This document shows positions 19,721 through 30,513 of a stretch of 32,000 nucleotides of DNA, piece after piece. The notes under the pieces were generated by a model, which saw only the letters and a list, made by a program, of their open reading frames with translations, was not told the origin of the DNA and ran no database searches. The first letter of the stretch is position 1; every line of letters begins with the position of its first letter. The DNA comes from Wolbachia endosymbiont of Onchocerca ochengi (lineage in GTDB: Bacteria; Pseudomonadota; Alphaproteobacteria; Rickettsiales; Anaplasmataceae): the NCBI RefSeq assembly GCF_000306885.1, contig NC_018267.1, forward strand, positions 420,001 to 452,000, in the 5' to 3' direction. The translations under genes were made by a program, and so were the position numbers.

Positions 19721-20267
19721 CTTTTGCTTTAGAAAATGGGAACTTATATATAATTGATAGCATACAATTATTAAAAAAACTGAGTCCAGTTTGTTGTAGA
19801 TAAGCTTTTTGTAATATGTCACTTCTGTAGTGGTTTCGGTATGAAAGTTGTTTATTATTATGTTTGTAAGATACCATATATACTATACTACCTAATGTTG
19901 TACCTGTGATTTTCTAATAACACAACTGTTGTAATTACTTTGATAGCAGTGATTTTAGATACGATTCTCATTGTATCTAGTGTGTACCTGCAGCATCAAA
20001 TAGTAATTAGGTCTATTTTATTCATTCCCTTGCAAAGGTTTCTAAAGACTGTTTTTGCGAGAAATTATACATTTTATTGTTTTTACTGCAAAATAGTTGC
20101 TGGGTGCTTTGTTTTTTTTGTTTCAATTTGTTATTTCTATTTGTGTGTGTTTTTTTGAAATATGTTGAAGGTGAAGTTACTTTACTTGTGAACATCTATA
20201 AGCTCCTATTTACTAGTTGTTTTTGTTATGTGAAAATTAAAACGGATGATCGTGCAGCGATATTGTT

Positions 20268-20691
20268 TATAGTGAGTTATTCTTAAGTCCGCTTATCATT
20301 GCAGTTGATGATTCAACATTGCTACTCACTTTTGATTGGAATGATTTGGTAAATATTGCAATATGGTAACCTAAATCATCAATTATTGTTTTTAAAGTTA
20401 GGTTTAGATTTTGGTAGTAAGTTATAGTGGTAGTAGGTACTTCTGGTTTATCTTTTCTGTTTTTTATATATCGAACTGATTAGAGAAACTGAAAGATAAT
20501 ACACCTTGAAATGCTTCTTTGAAGTTATTTACATTACTATTATTCCAATTTTCTATGACCACTGGAAAGCAGATAACCTTTTGTATGTTTTCTACATATT
20601 TCTTTATTACTTGAAAATACTCTGCTTTTCCTACGATATTTTTGTTTACATTTTCCTGGTCTTGACTGAGATGCTTCTCACTGAAAGTCAT
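20268..20691 (-). pseudogene. Frameshifted ORF of unknown family
   Basis: ORF 20464..20691 ('MTFSEKHLSQDQENVNKNIVGKAEYFQVIKKYVENIQKVICFPVVIENWNNSN...FDI*') is followed immediately, in another frame beside an A-run (TATAAAAAACAG), by about 65 open codons: 'KNRKDKPEVPTTTITYYQNLNLTLKTIIDDLGYHIAIFTKSFQSKVSSNVESSTAMISGLKNNSL*'. Confidence 0.4.
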
Positions 20692-21222
20692 AATAATTAT
20701 AATTGTAGCAATTTTATTTTCATCTCAGTATAGTGAGATATATTAAGCAAATATATCTTTCAAGATGATATACCATTTTGGTTTATTTTATTTAGATAAC
20801 AGAAAATTAAGCTGTGCTTGTTTTCGTATATTAATTTGCCTGCAATAACAGATATTCTTCTTACTTTCATTTTTTGATAGTAATTTAGCCATGTATAAAA
20901 GCAAATACTGAGCATCCAAGCAATTGGTACTGCGTGTAACAAGGGTTCTCTTGTTAATCATATTGCTAAGTATATTTAATATGGTTTTGAAGTATTCTCT
21001 TCAAATTCTCATTCATTTCAAATAATTGTTTTTTCGGTTTGCTTAATTTTCTGTTCTGCATAAAATTTTTATGAAGTTCAGAAAATTCTATTGATTTCTA
21101 TATATGAGTTTCTTGTGTGTTTTATCATCTTAGCGAAACAAACTTACATAACATTAGTTAAGATTAATTTGCTCATAAAAATTAAGCAAAAGCTTTCAAA
21201 ATAGTGCTAAACTTAGGTTGCT

Positions 21223-23472
21223 ATGATAAGAACGGTTGACGTACTGCTACCACTTACAATTGACCAGTTATTTTCATATGCAATTAAGGAAAATACTGAA
21301 ATTTTAATTGGGGATTATGTAGTAGTGCCATTTGGCAAGAAACGCTTAATCGGCATAGTTTGGAAATATGGCGGCAAAGGCAATCGAGAATTGAAATTTA
21401 TTGAGCAAAAGATTGATTTACCAAACATTAGACCAAAATTGATTGAATTTGCAGAGTGGGTTGCACGATATAATTTAATACCTATCGGTATGCTTGCCAA
21501 AATGATAATGGGGGGAGTGTTAAAGGTGGACCAAGTAAACAAATTGGTTTGTACTGAGCAGAAACAGGAAATAAGTAATATAAGCTGCCGATTAAGTGCC
21601 GAGCAGCAAATAGCTAGTGATAAAATAATAAGCAACTTGAATGGGTATTCAGTAACTTTACTTGATGGTGAAACCGGATCTGGAAAAACAGAAGTTTATC
21701 TCTCTGTAGTTGCGCAATTGATTAAGAATTATAGTAGTCCATCTACCGTTCTAGGTGCTGCTCAGACTTTGTCATTTCAGTGTGCAGACGTTGGAATTCA
21801 GGAAAGAAAATTAGTGTCAAGTATGCAATTGTATGAATGTTATAATATAAGATTGCTTTCTAACAAAAATGATGTTACTTTAGTATCAAGACGATGTAAT
21901 CTAGAAAGCTTCATTGTAGATGAGCATGCTAGGATGACGTCAGAAAATGTTAAAATGACATCTGAAGAGCGTAATGCACAAGTTTTAATTCTTCTACCTG
22001 AAATTATTTTAATTTCGCAATTGATAAATCGTATCTGCGATCAAGTATCAAGAAATTTAGCTCAGTGGCATTCAGAGCTCACTCCAAAAACTCGTCGCAA
22101 TAATTGGCTTAATGTAGCGAATGGAAATGTACAGGTAATTGTAGGGACGAGGTCAGCGCTTTTTTTGCCTTATAAGAATCTAAGATTAATTATTGTTGAT
22201 GAAGAGCACGATTCATCTTTTAAACAAGAGCAAGGAACTATATACAATGCTCGAGATATGGCAATAGTCTTAGCTAAAATTGAAAATATTCCAATAATTT
22301 TATCGTCAGCAACTCCATTGCTTGAAACCATTCATCATGTTAAAAACGGTAATTATAATTATGTAAGGTTAGCTAAGCGTTTTGGTGATGCAGAATTGCC
22401 ACTGATTAAAGTAGTAGACATGAGAAATAATAAGCAGTGGATTTCCAATCAGCTTTTTGAGGGCATAGAACGAGCTATAAAAAAAAATCAGCAAGTTATG
22501 CTTTTTTTAAATCGCCGAGGGTATGCTCAGCTTGCAGTTTGTAAAAAGTGCGGATACAAAATTTCCTGCTTAAATTGTTCTGTTTGGCTTACGTATTACA
22601 AAAAAAAGAATGTTCTTTTATGTTATCATTGCTCTTATCAATTAACCCTTCCAGAAAAATGTCCTAATTGCGAAAGTGAACAGCCATTGTTTCTTTATGG
22701 TGTAGGGATTGAAAGATTACTTGAGGAAACAGTAAAATTAATACCAAACGCAAAAACTGTGATCGTAAGTAGTGATCAGAAGTCAGTGAGTAATGTTATT
22801 GACTTAATATTGAAGGAAGAAGTGAATGTTATAATCGGTACACAGATAATTGCTAAGGGACACAATTTTCCTAAATTAACTTTAGTTGGGGTAATAAATG
22901 CAGATTTAAGTCTTGAGAATTCTGATCTAAGGGCAGCAGAAAAAATGTATCAGTTATTGCACCAAGTTGCAGGAAGATCTGGAAGGTTTAACGAAAAAGG
23001 AATGGTAATAGTGCAGACAAATAATCCTGAAAGTTTGATAATAAAAGCATTGCAGCATCAAAAAAGGGACTTATTTTATGAACTTGAACTTGAGTTGAGA
23101 TCTAAAGCTCAAATGCCACCATTTAGCAGGTTGATAGCACTTATAGTTTGTGGTAAAGATCAGATTGCAACACAAAAAGCAGCAAGCAAAATAGCTAGCT
23201 TTTTGCATAATCAGTGTTTAACTATTGCTCCTTCTTTATTGCCATTTCAGTGTGTGATACCAGAACTTAGAAGAAAAGAATTTGAAATTCTTGGTCCATC
23301 GCCGGCAGCAGTAAATTTCTTAAATAAGAAGTATCGGTATAGGATCTTACTAAAGATACATAATAAACATTGTTTATCCGTACAAAAGAAGCTGAAATAT
23401 TGGATTCAAAGCTGTAACTTAAATTTAAGTACCACAGTTGTAGTAGATGTTGATCCTGTAAGTTTTTTTTAA
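21223..23472 (+). CDS. priA: Primosomal protein N' (replication restart helicase PriA)
   Basis: 749 aa ORF: Walker A 'LLDGETGSGKTEVYL', 'LPEIILISQLINRI', 'IVGTRSALFLPYKNLRLIIVDEEHDSSFKQEQ', a zinc-binding Cys cluster 'CKKCGYKISCLNC...CYHC...CPNC', and 'GTQIIAKGHNFPKLTLVGVINAD'. Confidence 0.96.
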   Translation: MIRTVDVLLPLTIDQLFSYAIKENTEILIGDYVVVPFGKKRLIGIVWKYGGKGNRELKFIEQKIDLPNIRPKLIEFAEWVARYNLIPIGMLAKMIMGGVLKVDQVNKLVCTEQKQEISNISCRLSAEQQIASDKIISNLNGYSVTLLDGETGSGKTEVYLSVVAQLIKNYSSPSTVLGAAQTLSFQCADVGIQERKLVSSMQLYECYNIRLLSNKNDVTLVSRRCNLESFIVDEHARMTSENVKMTSEERNAQVLILLPEIILISQLINRICDQVSRNLAQWHSELTPKTRRNNWLNVANGNVQVIVGTRSALFLPYKNLRLIIVDEEHDSSFKQEQGTIYNARDMAIVLAKIENIPIILSSATPLLETIHHVKNGNYNYVRLAKRFGDAELPLIKVVDMRNNKQWISNQLFEGIERAIKKNQQVMLFLNRRGYAQLAVCKKCGYKISCLNCSVWLTYYKKKNVLLCYHCSYQLTLPEKCPNCESEQPLFLYGVGIERLLEETVKLIPNAKTVIVSSDQKSVSNVIDLILKEEVNVIIGTQIIAKGHNFPKLTLVGVINADLSLENSDLRAAEKMYQLLHQVAGRSGRFNEKGMVIVQTNNPESLIIKALQHQKRDLFYELELELRSKAQMPPFSRLIALIVCGKDQIATQKAASKIASFLHNQCLTIAPSLLPFQCVIPELRRKEFEILGPSPAAVNFLNKKYRYRILLKIHNKHCLSVQKKLKYWIQSCNLNLSTTVVVDVDPVSFF
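21733..21972 (+). repeat. In-frame insertion in priA resembling a Wolbachia palindromic/dispersed repeat element
   Basis: About 80 codons between 'VVAQLIKNY' and 'NAQVLILLPEI', where PriA normally has only a few residues. The left part 'gtcatttcagtgtgcagacgttggaattcag' resembles the common Wolbachia 'gtcatcccagtgc..gac.ctgggatccag' motif. The right part 'catgctaggatgac' is an imperfect inverse. Confidence 0.6.
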
Positions 23473-24458
23473 CAGATTTGTTACAAAATGTTGATCAAAA
23501 TTGGATAATGTTTCGTTTACTCTGCAGTTAGTTCTATAATATTCATAGAAACTTCATAAGATATATTATTTATTAGCTAAATTTTTGACTTTTAACAGAA
23601 TTTATTATGTTATTGATGTAATCAGAATAAGGGTACGTATGATTAAGTTAATTGTAAAAATTTGTTAAGCTAGTAACGAAAAAAGTATTGGTTTAATAAT
23701 AAACTTTATTGATAATGATGAAATAGAGTTTGTTACTTGTTACAGATTTTAATGGGTAAGTGGTTCACATGTAAGAAATACGTGCTATATTTTCAGCGCT
23801 TTATAACACGAAGATATCAAGAGAAGTGGTAGTACACAAAATGCTGCTTCATTTTATGTAAAATCCTGATGAATAACCCACTAGAAGATGTGATGAAGTA
23901 TTTAAAATAAGCAATAAATGATTATGTTAATAGCTTAATGAGGGAATTGGGATGAAGGACTTTATACTTACATAAACTTTCAGAATAAAAAGGGCTAAGT
24001 TCTATTGGGTTATTTAGCTCGAGGAAAAGCAAGAGCCACATTTGTGGTAGTATGGACAGACTAAGCTAAATCAGAGAAGAGAAAAGATGGATGTAGTGGT
24101 GGTTGATTGGTATTGTACTCAGTTTTTTCTTGGTGTTGGATTGGCTATATATTTCTTTAGTTAAGCTTATAAACAGGTTAAAACAATGGAATATGTTTGT
24201 TGCATGATTCTAAGTTTTTTCATAAGCATATAAAACCAAGTAATTTGGTGATGAAAGTTTTGCAAAAAGAACCCAGTGGCACGAAGACCTTGGTGTAACA
24301 TATGCTAATTACAATAAATTAAGTGCCTAAATAACTCGTTTTCTAAGTTCTGCAGTGTTCTCAACTCTCAATTAATTTTATCTACGGATACTAGAAAACT
24401 AATATAGATTTTTTCTACTCCTGTGATATTATAAGTCTGTAGTTATGAATAAGCAAAT

Positions 24459-26264
24459 ATGGATAAGTTGGCGTACGCGATTATAGAGCATGAGTATGAC
24501 GTAGTGGTAGTAGGTGCAGGTGGAGCAGGACTCAGAACAGCACTTGAAATCGCTGCCACTAATTTTTCAGTTGCTTGCATCTCTAAAATCTTTCCTACGC
24601 GCAGTCATACAGTTGCAGCGCAGGGTGGAATCAGTGCAGCTTTAGGGAATATTGCTGAGGACGATTGGCGCTGGCATGCGTATGATACAATAAAAGGATC
24701 AGATTGGCTTGGTGATCAAGATGCAATAGAATATATGTGTAAAAACGCTGCTAAGGCTGTTATTGAACTTGAAAATTTTGGTGTGCCTTTTTCTCGCACG
24801 GAAAAAGGCACAATATACCAGCGTTCTTTTGGAGGGATGACAACTCATTTTGGTAAAGGAAAATCAGCTCAGCGTACTTGTGCAGCAGCAGATAAAACTG
24901 GGCATGCAATTCTTCACACTCTATATCAGCAGTGTCTTAAGTTCAATGTTAAATTTTTTGTTGAATACTTTGTGATTGATTTAATCATGGACAATAAAAC
25001 CGGAATGTGCTGTGGAGTTTTTGCCTGGTCACTATGTGATGGTACACTGCATAAATTTCGTGCACATGCAGTGGTGATAGCAACAGGTGGATATGGGCGT
25101 ATTTACTTTTCTGCAACAAGTGCACACACCTGCACAGGTGATGGTAATGGTATGGTAGTGAGAGCCGGGTTGCCACTTGAAGATATGGAGTTTGTGCAAT
25201 TTCATCCAACAGGAATATATGGCTCAGGATGCTTGATGACAGAAGGATGTCGAGGAGAAGGTGGGTACCTTATTAATTCTCAAGGTGAGAGATTCATGGA
25301 GCGCTACGCTTCTAAGGCAAAGGACTTAGCTTCTCGCGATGTGGTAAGTCGTGCAATAACAATTGAAATTAGAGAGGGAAGAGGAGTTGGACCAAAGAAA
25401 GATCACATATATTTAGTTATAGCACACCTTGATCCAGAAGTAATAAAACTGAGGCTTCCAGGAATTAGTGAAACCGCAAAGGCTTTTGCAGGAGTTGATG
25501 TTACCAAAGATCCAATACCGGTTATTCCAACTGTTCACTATAATATGGGTGGTATTCCAACTAATTATCATGGAGAAGTGATCACGTTGAAAAAAGGTAA
25601 GGAAGAAATAGTAGAAGGATTATTTGCAATTGGAGAAGCAGCATGTATTTCTGTACACGGTGCAAATCGACTTGGTTCTAACTCGCTTCTCGATCTTATA
25701 GTTTTTGGTAGAGCTGCAGCGCTAAGAGCAAAGGAAAAATTGAAGCTCAATACACCACATAGAAAATTGCACTCAGATTGTACAGATTGGATAGTAGATA
25801 GGTTCAATAAGATGAGATTTGCTTCTGGAGGGCTTAAAGTAGCGAAAATACGCAATAAAATGCAGAACACTATGCAAAGATATGCATCTATATTTCGTGT
25901 TGCTGAAGTTTTAGAAGAAGGTAAGAAAGCTATAAAAGAAGTAGCAAAAATGATGCTTGATATTGTAATTGAAGATCGCAGTATGATATGGAACAGCGAT
26001 TTAGTTGAAGCACTAGAACTCGCTAATATGGTTCCACAAGCAGTTATTACTATGGAATGCGCAGCTAACCGCGAAGAAAGCAGAGGTTCTCATGCTCGTG
26101 AGGATTTTCCTAAGCGTGATGACAAGAATTGGATGAAGCACACTATGGCGTGGCTTGAAGAAGAGGAAGGCGAAATTAATGTGAAAATTGATTATAAAAA
26201 AGTTGCTGAAAAAACTTTGAGTGATGAGATTGACTTCATAGCGCCAGAAGAGAGGATTTATTAA
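24459..26264 (+). CDS. sdhA: Succinate dehydrogenase flavoprotein subunit
   Basis: 601 aa ORF: '[18 protein letters not shown]', '[20 protein letters not shown]', '[21 protein letters not shown]', '[29 protein letters not shown]', '[15 protein letters not shown]'. Confidence 0.98.
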   Translation: MDKLAYAIIEHEYDVVVVGAGGAGLRTALEIAATNFSVACISKIFPTRSHTVAAQGGISAALGNIAEDDWRWHAYDTIKGSDWLGDQDAIEYMCKNAAKAVIELENFGVPFSRTEKGTIYQRSFGGMTTHFGKGKSAQRTCAAADKTGHAILHTLYQQCLKFNVKFFVEYFVIDLIMDNKTGMCCGVFAWSLCDGTLHKFRAHAVVIATGGYGRIYFSATSAHTCTGDGNGMVVRAGLPLEDMEFVQFHPTGIYGSGCLMTEGCRGEGGYLINSQGERFMERYASKAKDLASRDVVSRAITIEIREGRGVGPKKDHIYLVIAHLDPEVIKLRLPGISETAKAFAGVDVTKDPIPVIPTVHYNMGGIPTNYHGEVITLKKGKEEIVEGLFAIGEAACISVHGANRLGSNSLLDLIVFGRAAALRAKEKLKLNTPHRKLHSDCTDWIVDRFNKMRFASGGLKVAKIRNKMQNTMQRYASIFRVAEVLEEGKKAIKEVAKMMLDIVIEDRSMIWNSDLVEALELANMVPQAVITMECAANREESRGSHAREDFPKRDDKNWMKHTMAWLEEEEGEINVKIDYKKVAEKTLSDEIDFIAPEERIY

Positions 26265-28557
26265 ATTGATTGTTGGATTCTAATAGTTCCTTGGTAAATT
26301 GGGATATTGATATGCCTTCTATTTTAAAACTAGGTGGGCTTTCAATATATTTTGACTGGTCTTGCAGTTCTTGCGTTTTTTGTTCTTCTAAACCATTAGG
26401 TATATTTTTTATTCTTTTGGAAGAATTATTGTATTGTGTATCATTTTTTGGTATCTTACCTTGAGGTATAATTTGTTTTTCTCCAGTAAATTTCCTTTTA
26501 GCTTTTTTAAATTTTTCATAAATGTTTTCTAAATTGAAGCAGATGAGGTAACAGATTCCTATAGCTGCTATAGTAGATGATGTAGTAGTAATTGTAATAC
26601 TTCCCTGAGCAGCACTGAATACTACTGCACAGGTTAGAGCAGCAAATATAAGTGTTATTATTACTTTATAGGCAACATTGTTGACACGCTTCACAATATC
26701 ACGTACTTTAAATTTCTTACCAAAATTAAGTTTTAAGTTAGTTCTCATGTTATCTGGAATAAGCAATTTACCCATTGACTTCTCTATTCCTTTTATAGTT
26801 TGATAATACTCTCTATTCCATAATAGTTTAGGCAATATTAATTGTTTTTGGTCAGCGCCATTCTGCAGTAATTTTACACAGAACTTGATTGTGTTATCAC
26901 GATTTCTAGGATTGGGAAGATTATGTCTACTTTTTACTGCCTTGGAAATTAACGCTACTTGTATCGGTGTTTGTTTTTTACCATTACTAGCGTTTATAGC
27001 TTGACTTAGCTTATTCTCAGGTATATTTGTGCTTTTTACTACTAAATCTAAGCATACAACCTTTTGTTCTCCTTTAAGTGAAGCAATATAGTGTAGAGCA
27101 TTCCTTTTATTACTATCTTTAACAGTGATGTCAGCACCATTTTCTAATAGTAGTTTTAAGGCTTTATATCTTTTAGTGTTCTCAAAACTTGTCAGTGAAG
27201 ATTTTTCACTCTTTTTTTGTATGTACTGGAGTAGTTTATGAAAAGGTGTTTGCCCTTCTTGATTCTTTCTATTATTTATGGCATCGATAAATTGTTCTTT
27301 TTGACCTACTTTTAGTAATATATTGAGGAATTCGAGCTTTTGTTCTTTTTTCAATTTTGAAATTATTAAATGTAGGGCGTTGTTACCATTTATGTCTTTA
27401 AAGCTAACATCCAACCCTTTTTGTAACAATTCTTTAAAAAGTTTTTTATCGTAATTATTAATTGCTGAATGTAATAAATAATTACTATTAATATCTAAAA
27501 TATTTATAGTGCGTATTATAATATCTTTAATTTTTTTTTCTATATCAGGTTTTTGCTCTGATTTAGGTTGTTTTATTAATTCTGTTGATTTTTCTAAGAA
27601 ATTATGATAGTATACCTTTTGCTCTTCTTTTAAGCCTTGTAATTCTTCTGTAAATAATTCTAAATTACTATAGTTGGTTTTATGTCTTAACAGTTTTGTG
27701 AAGAACTTAAGCGTGTTATTGTTATTCTGGATCATATTGGATTCATGTTTTTCTTCTGTTATCTTGTTGATTAATATCTCCTGAATAGGAGTCTTTCCAT
27801 CATCTTTGCTACAAATGGACTGTGCTGAGTTTTTTCTGCTAACCGTTTTAATTAGGGTACCTAGGAACTTAAGTTTCTGTTTCCTTTTTAAGAATGCAAT
27901 GAAGTATAAAGTATTCTTTTCTTCCTTATCTTTTATGCTGCTAATATCCATACAATTTTTTAGATGTTTTTTAAATTTTTTATCATTTTGATTTTTAATT
28001 GCTTTCAATAATTGAGTACTATTACTTACTATTATGTTGTTTGTTTCTACTTTATGATCATTTTCAATATCGCTGCCATAGCCATTTTCTAGTTCACTAT
28101 TTTCACTATTCCTGTGATTGTTTTGCTTGTGGGTAGCAGTACTATTAAAGCAATGTTTGCTATTGTAAGTAATTTCAGAAATTGCTTGTCTTATTTTCTC
28201 CTTTTTTATAGGGTCTAGTTCTTTCGATATTTTTCTATTTAATTCTAGAAGAAAGTTCCGGATATAGTATATATAATATTTTTCTTGTTCTCTAAGTGAT
28301 TCTCTTAATCTAGTCAATACTTCAGGGCTAGCACCTTTTTTGATTAACCTTTTGCCCTTCTTGATAGTTCTATCTTGACTTCTTGGTTTTTCGCGGTTGT
28401 ACTCTTCTTTTTTTACCTTTCTCTCTATAGCAGTGTATGATTGCTTGTCTTTTTTTTCCTGCTCTCGCCTTTCATTTTTATCTATGTATTCTTTTAATTT
28501 ATTCGTATTAGTAATTAGTACATTTATGTCTATACCCATGTAAATCCTCAATATCAA
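26236..28557 (-). CDS. Ankyrin-repeat protein with charged N-terminal region and C-terminal transmembrane segment(s)
   Basis: 773 aa ORF with ankyrin units such as '[31 protein letters not shown]', '[16 protein letters not shown]', '[33 protein letters not shown]', '[16 protein letters not shown]'. Hydrophobic stretch '[21 protein letters not shown]...[12 protein letters not shown]'. An alternative start is MGIDI, 6 codons in. Confidence 0.88.
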   Translation of the reverse strand: MILRIYMGIDINVLITNTNKLKEYIDKNERREQEKKDKQSYTAIERKVKKEEYNREKPRSQDRTIKKGKRLIKKGASPEVLTRLRESLREQEKYYIYYIRNFLLELNRKISKELDPIKKEKIRQAISEITYNSKHCFNSTATHKQNNHRNSENSELENGYGSDIENDHKVETNNIIVSNSTQLLKAIKNQNDKKFKKHLKNCMDISSIKDKEEKNTLYFIAFLKRKQKLKFLGTLIKTVSRKNSAQSICSKDDGKTPIQEILINKITEEKHESNMIQNNNNTLKFFTKLLRHKTNYSNLELFTEELQGLKEEQKVYYHNFLEKSTELIKQPKSEQKPDIEKKIKDIIIRTINILDINSNYLLHSAINNYDKKLFKELLQKGLDVSFKDINGNNALHLIISKLKKEQKLEFLNILLKVGQKEQFIDAINNRKNQEGQTPFHKLLQYIQKKSEKSSLTSFENTKRYKALKLLLENGADITVKDSNKRNALHYIASLKGEQKVVCLDLVVKSTNIPENKLSQAINASNGKKQTPIQVALISKAVKSRHNLPNPRNRDNTIKFCVKLLQNGADQKQLILPKLLWNREYYQTIKGIEKSMGKLLIPDNMRTNLKLNFGKKFKVRDIVKRVNNVAYKVIITLIFAALTCAVVFSAAQGSITITTTSSTIAAIGICYLICFNLENIYEKFKKAKRKFTGEKQIIPQGKIPKNDTQYNNSSKRIKNIPNGLEEQKTQELQDQSKYIESPPSFKIEGISISQFTKELLESNNQFNKSSLLAL

Positions 28558-28997
28558 AGCTATTTAGTTATCAGTACGGAAGCTTATTTTGTTGAAAATA
28601 ATAACAAAAAGTTAAATTAAATTTTTAAATTAGCTAAATATTGTATGTATTATCAAAATAAGGTAGAAAAGTAGAAAATTAGTTTTTATTAGAAGATTTG
28701 TCATTGTAGCTATAAACTCCACTTTAATGTTCACTGCTATTTTAACCTTTTAATCTTAAAAAAGAATGAACCTAGCTAAGGTGGGTTTCAAAATTACTTT
28801 AGCTTAAGTTGTTTTCAAAAAAGTCAAAAAGTGATAATTAAACTTTATTTTTGTGTGTATGAAAATGGTAGCTTTATGGTATATGTTATTTTCAAAAAGG
28901 TAAAGATAAGACTTTATCCATATAACTTGTATTTTAATTTGATTGTGTTTTATTAAAAAAACTTTAAATTTAATGAATAATTAATATATGTAAACCT

Positions 28998-30329
28998 ATG
29001 ACTGAAACTTGGAGTTTATTGCAAGTAGGGCAGAAGGAAAATTATAAAGTAGCATATACAAATGCTCGTATTATTGACCCAGAGACTAAACTTGATATAA
29101 AAGGCTCACTGCTAACTGAAGGGAGTAAAATAGTTGATTTTGGTGAATCATTGCTTTTAGATGGAATTCCAAGTGGAATTGACGAGATGGTAGACTGCGA
29201 AGGACTTGTTCTGATGCCAGGTCTTATTGATGTTCATGTACATTTTCGTGAACCAGGCCAAGAGCATAAAGAAACTATATATACAGGCAGCAAATCTGCA
29301 GCTGCGGGAGGTGTGACAACTGTAGTTTGTCAGCCTAATACTGTTCCAGCAATAGATAGTGTTATTTTGGCTAAGTATTTGAAATGTAGAGCGCTTGAAA
29401 CTTCACATGTGAACGTTGAATTCTATGCTAAAATTACCACTTCGGAGGAAAGATTAACTGAAATGGCACTTTTAAAAGAAGCAGGTGCAGTTGGATTTAC
29501 TGACGATGGTATGCCAGTTATGAATCCAATGGTTATGAGACAAGCACTGCTTTATTCAAGTATGCTGAACGTTCCTATTGCTCAACATGCAGAAGATCTA
29601 AATTTATCGGCAGGTGGAGCGATCAATGCAGGTAAGATTTCTGAAGAATTGGGAGTAAAGGGAATCTTAAGTGCGTCAGAATCGATTATGGTAAGTCGTG
29701 ATATACTGCTCATGAAAGATATGGAAAACGTGCACTATCACGTTTTGCATATCTCCTCAAAGGATTCGCTTGATGTGATTAAACGTGCAAAAGATTTAGG
29801 GTTAAATGTCACGTGTGAGGTGACTCCTCATCACTTTACTTTAACTGAGGATATAGTAAAACGACATGGAACAATCGCAAAAGTGAACCCCCCACTTCGT
29901 TCTGAAGGAGATCGTTTGGCTATGGTTGAAGGTTTAAAAACAGGTGTGATTGATTGTATTGCAACTGATCACGCACCTCATGATCGTGATTCTAAAGATC
30001 TACCGTTAGAAAACGCTGCATTTGGCATTGTGGGCCTTGAAACAATTCTTCCCCTTTCACTTGAACTTTATCACAGTGGGCAAATGAGTTTGTTTGATGT
30101 ATTAGCAAAGCTTACATATAAGCCTGCGGATATAATACATGTACCACGCGGTCGTATACAAAAGAACCTCGCTGCAGACTTAATTTTAGTTGACCTGAAT
30201 CACGAATGGGAAATTAAGATTGATAGTTTTGCTAGTAAATCAAAAAATTCTCCTTTTGATAAACGCAAGGTAAAAGGGTACACAGTGCGCACTATTGTAT
30301 CCGGTAAAACCGTATATTCACATGAATGA
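28998..30329 (+). CDS. pyrC: Dihydroorotase
   Basis: 443 aa ORF: 'LMPGLIDVHVHFREPGQEHKETIYTGSKSAAAGGVTTVVCQPNT', 'CEVTPHHFTL', 'IDCIATDHAPH'. Confidence 0.96.
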   Translation: MTETWSLLQVGQKENYKVAYTNARIIDPETKLDIKGSLLTEGSKIVDFGESLLLDGIPSGIDEMVDCEGLVLMPGLIDVHVHFREPGQEHKETIYTGSKSAAAGGVTTVVCQPNTVPAIDSVILAKYLKCRALETSHVNVEFYAKITTSEERLTEMALLKEAGAVGFTDDGMPVMNPMVMRQALLYSSMLNVPIAQHAEDLNLSAGGAINAGKISEELGVKGILSASESIMVSRDILLMKDMENVHYHVLHISSKDSLDVIKRAKDLGLNVTCEVTPHHFTLTEDIVKRHGTIAKVNPPLRSEGDRLAMVEGLKTGVIDCIATDHAPHDRDSKDLPLENAAFGIVGLETILPLSLELYHSGQMSLFDVLAKLTYKPADIIHVPRGRIQKNLAADLILVDLNHEWEIKIDSFASKSKNSPFDKRKVKGYTVRTIVSGKTVYSHE

Positions 30330-30513
30330 TTCTTTTCACAGAAAGCTTACTCATATAGCTATATAAAATTTTCATTTTTATGTTAATTTATAACTTTTTT
30401 GAGCTTGATAATTTTATTGTGAGTATTAAATGCTGTGTAAAAACACTGACTCTTTTCACTATATTTGATTAATTCTAAGGATTCCGTATACTTTCTTTCC
30501 ATAGTTTTTGCTA

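Noticed and set aside
19940-20286. Plus-strand ORFs 19940..20158 and 20077..20286 (Phe/Val/Cys-rich)
   Set aside because: Hydrophobic low-complexity translations from T-rich sequence with no homology cue. The neighbouring decayed material reads on the minus strand.
20506-20733. Plus-strand 75 aa ORF opposite 20464..20691
   Set aside because: The minus-strand reading looks far more protein-like and continues in a second frame. The + strand reading is a Tyr/Phe/Ile-rich shadow.
24030-24041. Short palindrome CCACATTTGTGG
   Set aside because: A 5-bp stem in an AT-rich intergenic region is expected by chance.
29725-29746. Perfect 8-bp inverted repeat AAAACGTG-CACTAT-CACGTTTT
   Set aside because: It lies inside pyrC and encodes conserved-looking 'MENVHYHVLHIS'. 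It is too short to distinguish from chance and has no T-run after it.
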